NCBI RefSeq assembly: GCF_030684315.1
Contig: NC_081361.1
Span: forward strand, 18,217,861 to 18,281,860
DNA: 64,000 nt
Reading direction: 5' to 3'
Source: Stegostoma tigrinum
Lineage: Eukaryota
The notes beneath the pieces are model-generated. The model saw only the letters and a list, made by a program, of their open reading frames with translations, was not told the DNA's origin and made no database searches. Position 1 is the stretch's first letter. Every line of letters starts with the position of its first letter. Positions 62,095 through 64,000 of this stretch are shown here, in pieces. The position numbers and the translations under genes were made by a program.

Positions 62095-64000
62095 AACATC
62101 ATCCCCCCCCAGACCTCCCCCTTACTGAGGACCAACGGTCAGTCCTCAGTAAGGGTCTCACATTTGTCTCCCTCCACCCACACATTGATGAATATAACAC
62201 GTTTGGACATTGAGCAGTTTTTCCGTCTCCGCGCTTGTTTCTTTAATCATAAGACTAACCGTCCCTCTACTGACCCCTTCTCCTTCCTCCAATGCAACCC
62301 CTCCTCCTGGACACCATCCCAAGGCCTCCTACCCTTCTTCGACCTCTTCATCTCTAATTGTTGTCGAGACATCGATCACCTCAACCTTTCCACCCCCTCA
62401 CCCACTCCAACCTCTCCCCCGCAGACCGTGCAGCCCTCTGCTCCCTCCACTCTAATCCTGACCTCATCATTAAACCAGCAGACAAGGGAGGTGCAGTTGT
62501 AGTATGGCGCACGGACCGCTACATCGCCGAGGCCAAACGCTAACTGGCCGACACCACCTCCTACTGTCCGCTGGATCATGAGTCCACCCCCAAGCACCAA
62601 ACCATTATCTCCAAAACCATCCACAACCTCATCACCTCAGGTGACCTCCCACCCACAGCCTCTAACCTCATTGTTGCCCAACTCTGCACCACCCACTTCT
62701 ATCTCCTTCCCAACTCCCTATCTACGTCCGTGACACCACCCACGCTCTCCTACTCCTCCAGAACTTCCAATTCCCCGGTCCCCAACACTTCATTTTCACT
62801 CTGGACATCCAGTCCCGATACACCTGCATTCCCCATTCCGATGGCCTAAAAGCTCTCTGCTTCTTCCTGTCCCGCAGACCCGACCAGTCCCCCTCCACTG
62901 ACACCCTCATTCGCATCTGAACTCATCCTCACCCTCAACAACTTCTCCTTCAATTCCTCCCACTTCCTACAGACAAAGGGGGTGGCCATGGGTACCCGCA
63001 TGGGCCTAGGCTATGCCTGGGTCTTTGTAGGGAACAATCCCTCTTCCAAAGCTACATTGGCCCTCACCCCATCTCTTCCTCTGTTACATTGATGATTGTT
63101 TTGGCGCCGCCTCGTGTTCCCACGAGGACCTCGAACAGTTCACCCACTTCACTAACACCTTCTACCCCAACCTTAAGTTTACCTGGACCATCTCTGATAC
63201 CTCTCTCTCCTTCCTGGATCTCTCTGTCTCCATCTCTGGCATCCACCTGGAAACCGATATCCATTTTAAACCTACTGACTCCCACAACTACCAAGAATAT
63301 TCCTCCTCTCACCCACCTTCCTGTAAAAATGCCATCCCCATTCCCAGTTCCTTCTCCTCCGCCGCATGCGCTCCCGAGATGACGCATTCAACTCCCAAAA
63401 ATCCCAGAAGTCCTCTTTTTTCAAAAACCGCAACATCCCCTCCACAGTGATCAAAAATGCCCTCGACCGTGTCTCCCGCATTTCCTGTAACTCATCTCTC
63501 ACACCTGCTATTCACAATAATAACCAAAACAGAATCTCCCTCGTCTTCACATACCACCGGACCAACCTCCGGATCCAACGCATCATCCTCCGACACATCC
63601 TCCATCTGCAATCTGACCCGACCACCAAAGACATTTTTCCCTCCCCACCCTTGTTTGCTTTCCGGAGAGACCACTCTCTCTGTGACTCCCTTGTCCACTT
63701 CACACTCGCATCCATCCCCACCACACCCGGCACCTTCCCCTGCAGCCAAAGCAAGTGCTACACCTGCCCCTATACCTCCCCCCTCACCCTGATCCCAGAC
63801 CATAGGAAGACTTTTCACATCAAACAGATGTTCACCTGCACATCTGTCAATGATATATACAGTATCTGCTGTTCCCGTCGTGACCTCCTCTACATTGGGG
63901 AAATCAAACAGAGGCTCGGGGACCGTTTTGCGAAACACTGACACTCTGTTCGCAACAGACAGCTACACCTCCCAGTAGCAAACCATTTGAATTCCAACCC
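62095..64000 (+). mobile_element. Penelope-like retroelement (RT and GIY-YIG endonuclease), frameshifted, runs off the window end
   Basis: IIKPADKGGAVVVW, LQTKGVAMGTRMG, YIDD, C..SKCYTC and DIYSICCSRRDLLYIGEIKQRLGDRFAKH. Confidence 0.93.

Noticed and set aside
62095-64000. Possible active or domesticated RT-endonuclease gene
   Set aside because: Multiple frameshifts, stops and an internal deletion; a decayed PLE copy.

Overview
Vertebrate genomic DNA, most likely a shark or other elasmobranch (HE1-type V-SINEs, DeuSINE-like relics, abundant CR1 and Penelope-like elements). Host genes: the last three coding exons of COLGALT2 (+; 2428-2555, 10080-10286, 17610-17883, ending in RDEL); an intact single-coding-exon APOBEC4 (-; 48607-49719); and a probable first coding exon of RGL1 in a CpG-rich promoter region (+; 57727-57853). 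The rest is largely decayed mobile DNA: CR1, Tx1/L1, Rex-Babar, Gypsy, SINEs and Penelope-like elements (PLEs). The most striking non-genic signal is a set of short PLE-derived insertions carrying minimal hammerhead-ribozyme cores (CUGAUGA-N-stemII-GAAAC-GUC). Several are fold-back palindromes, several have 8-15 bp target-site duplications, and one sits in the presumed COLGALT2 3' UTR. Also notable are paired FOX and RFX motifs upstream of APOBEC4, an in-frame uATG/TGA before the APOBEC4 start, and a gene order that differs from human 1q25. Protein and repeat family calls come from recognising sequences by eye; no search was run.
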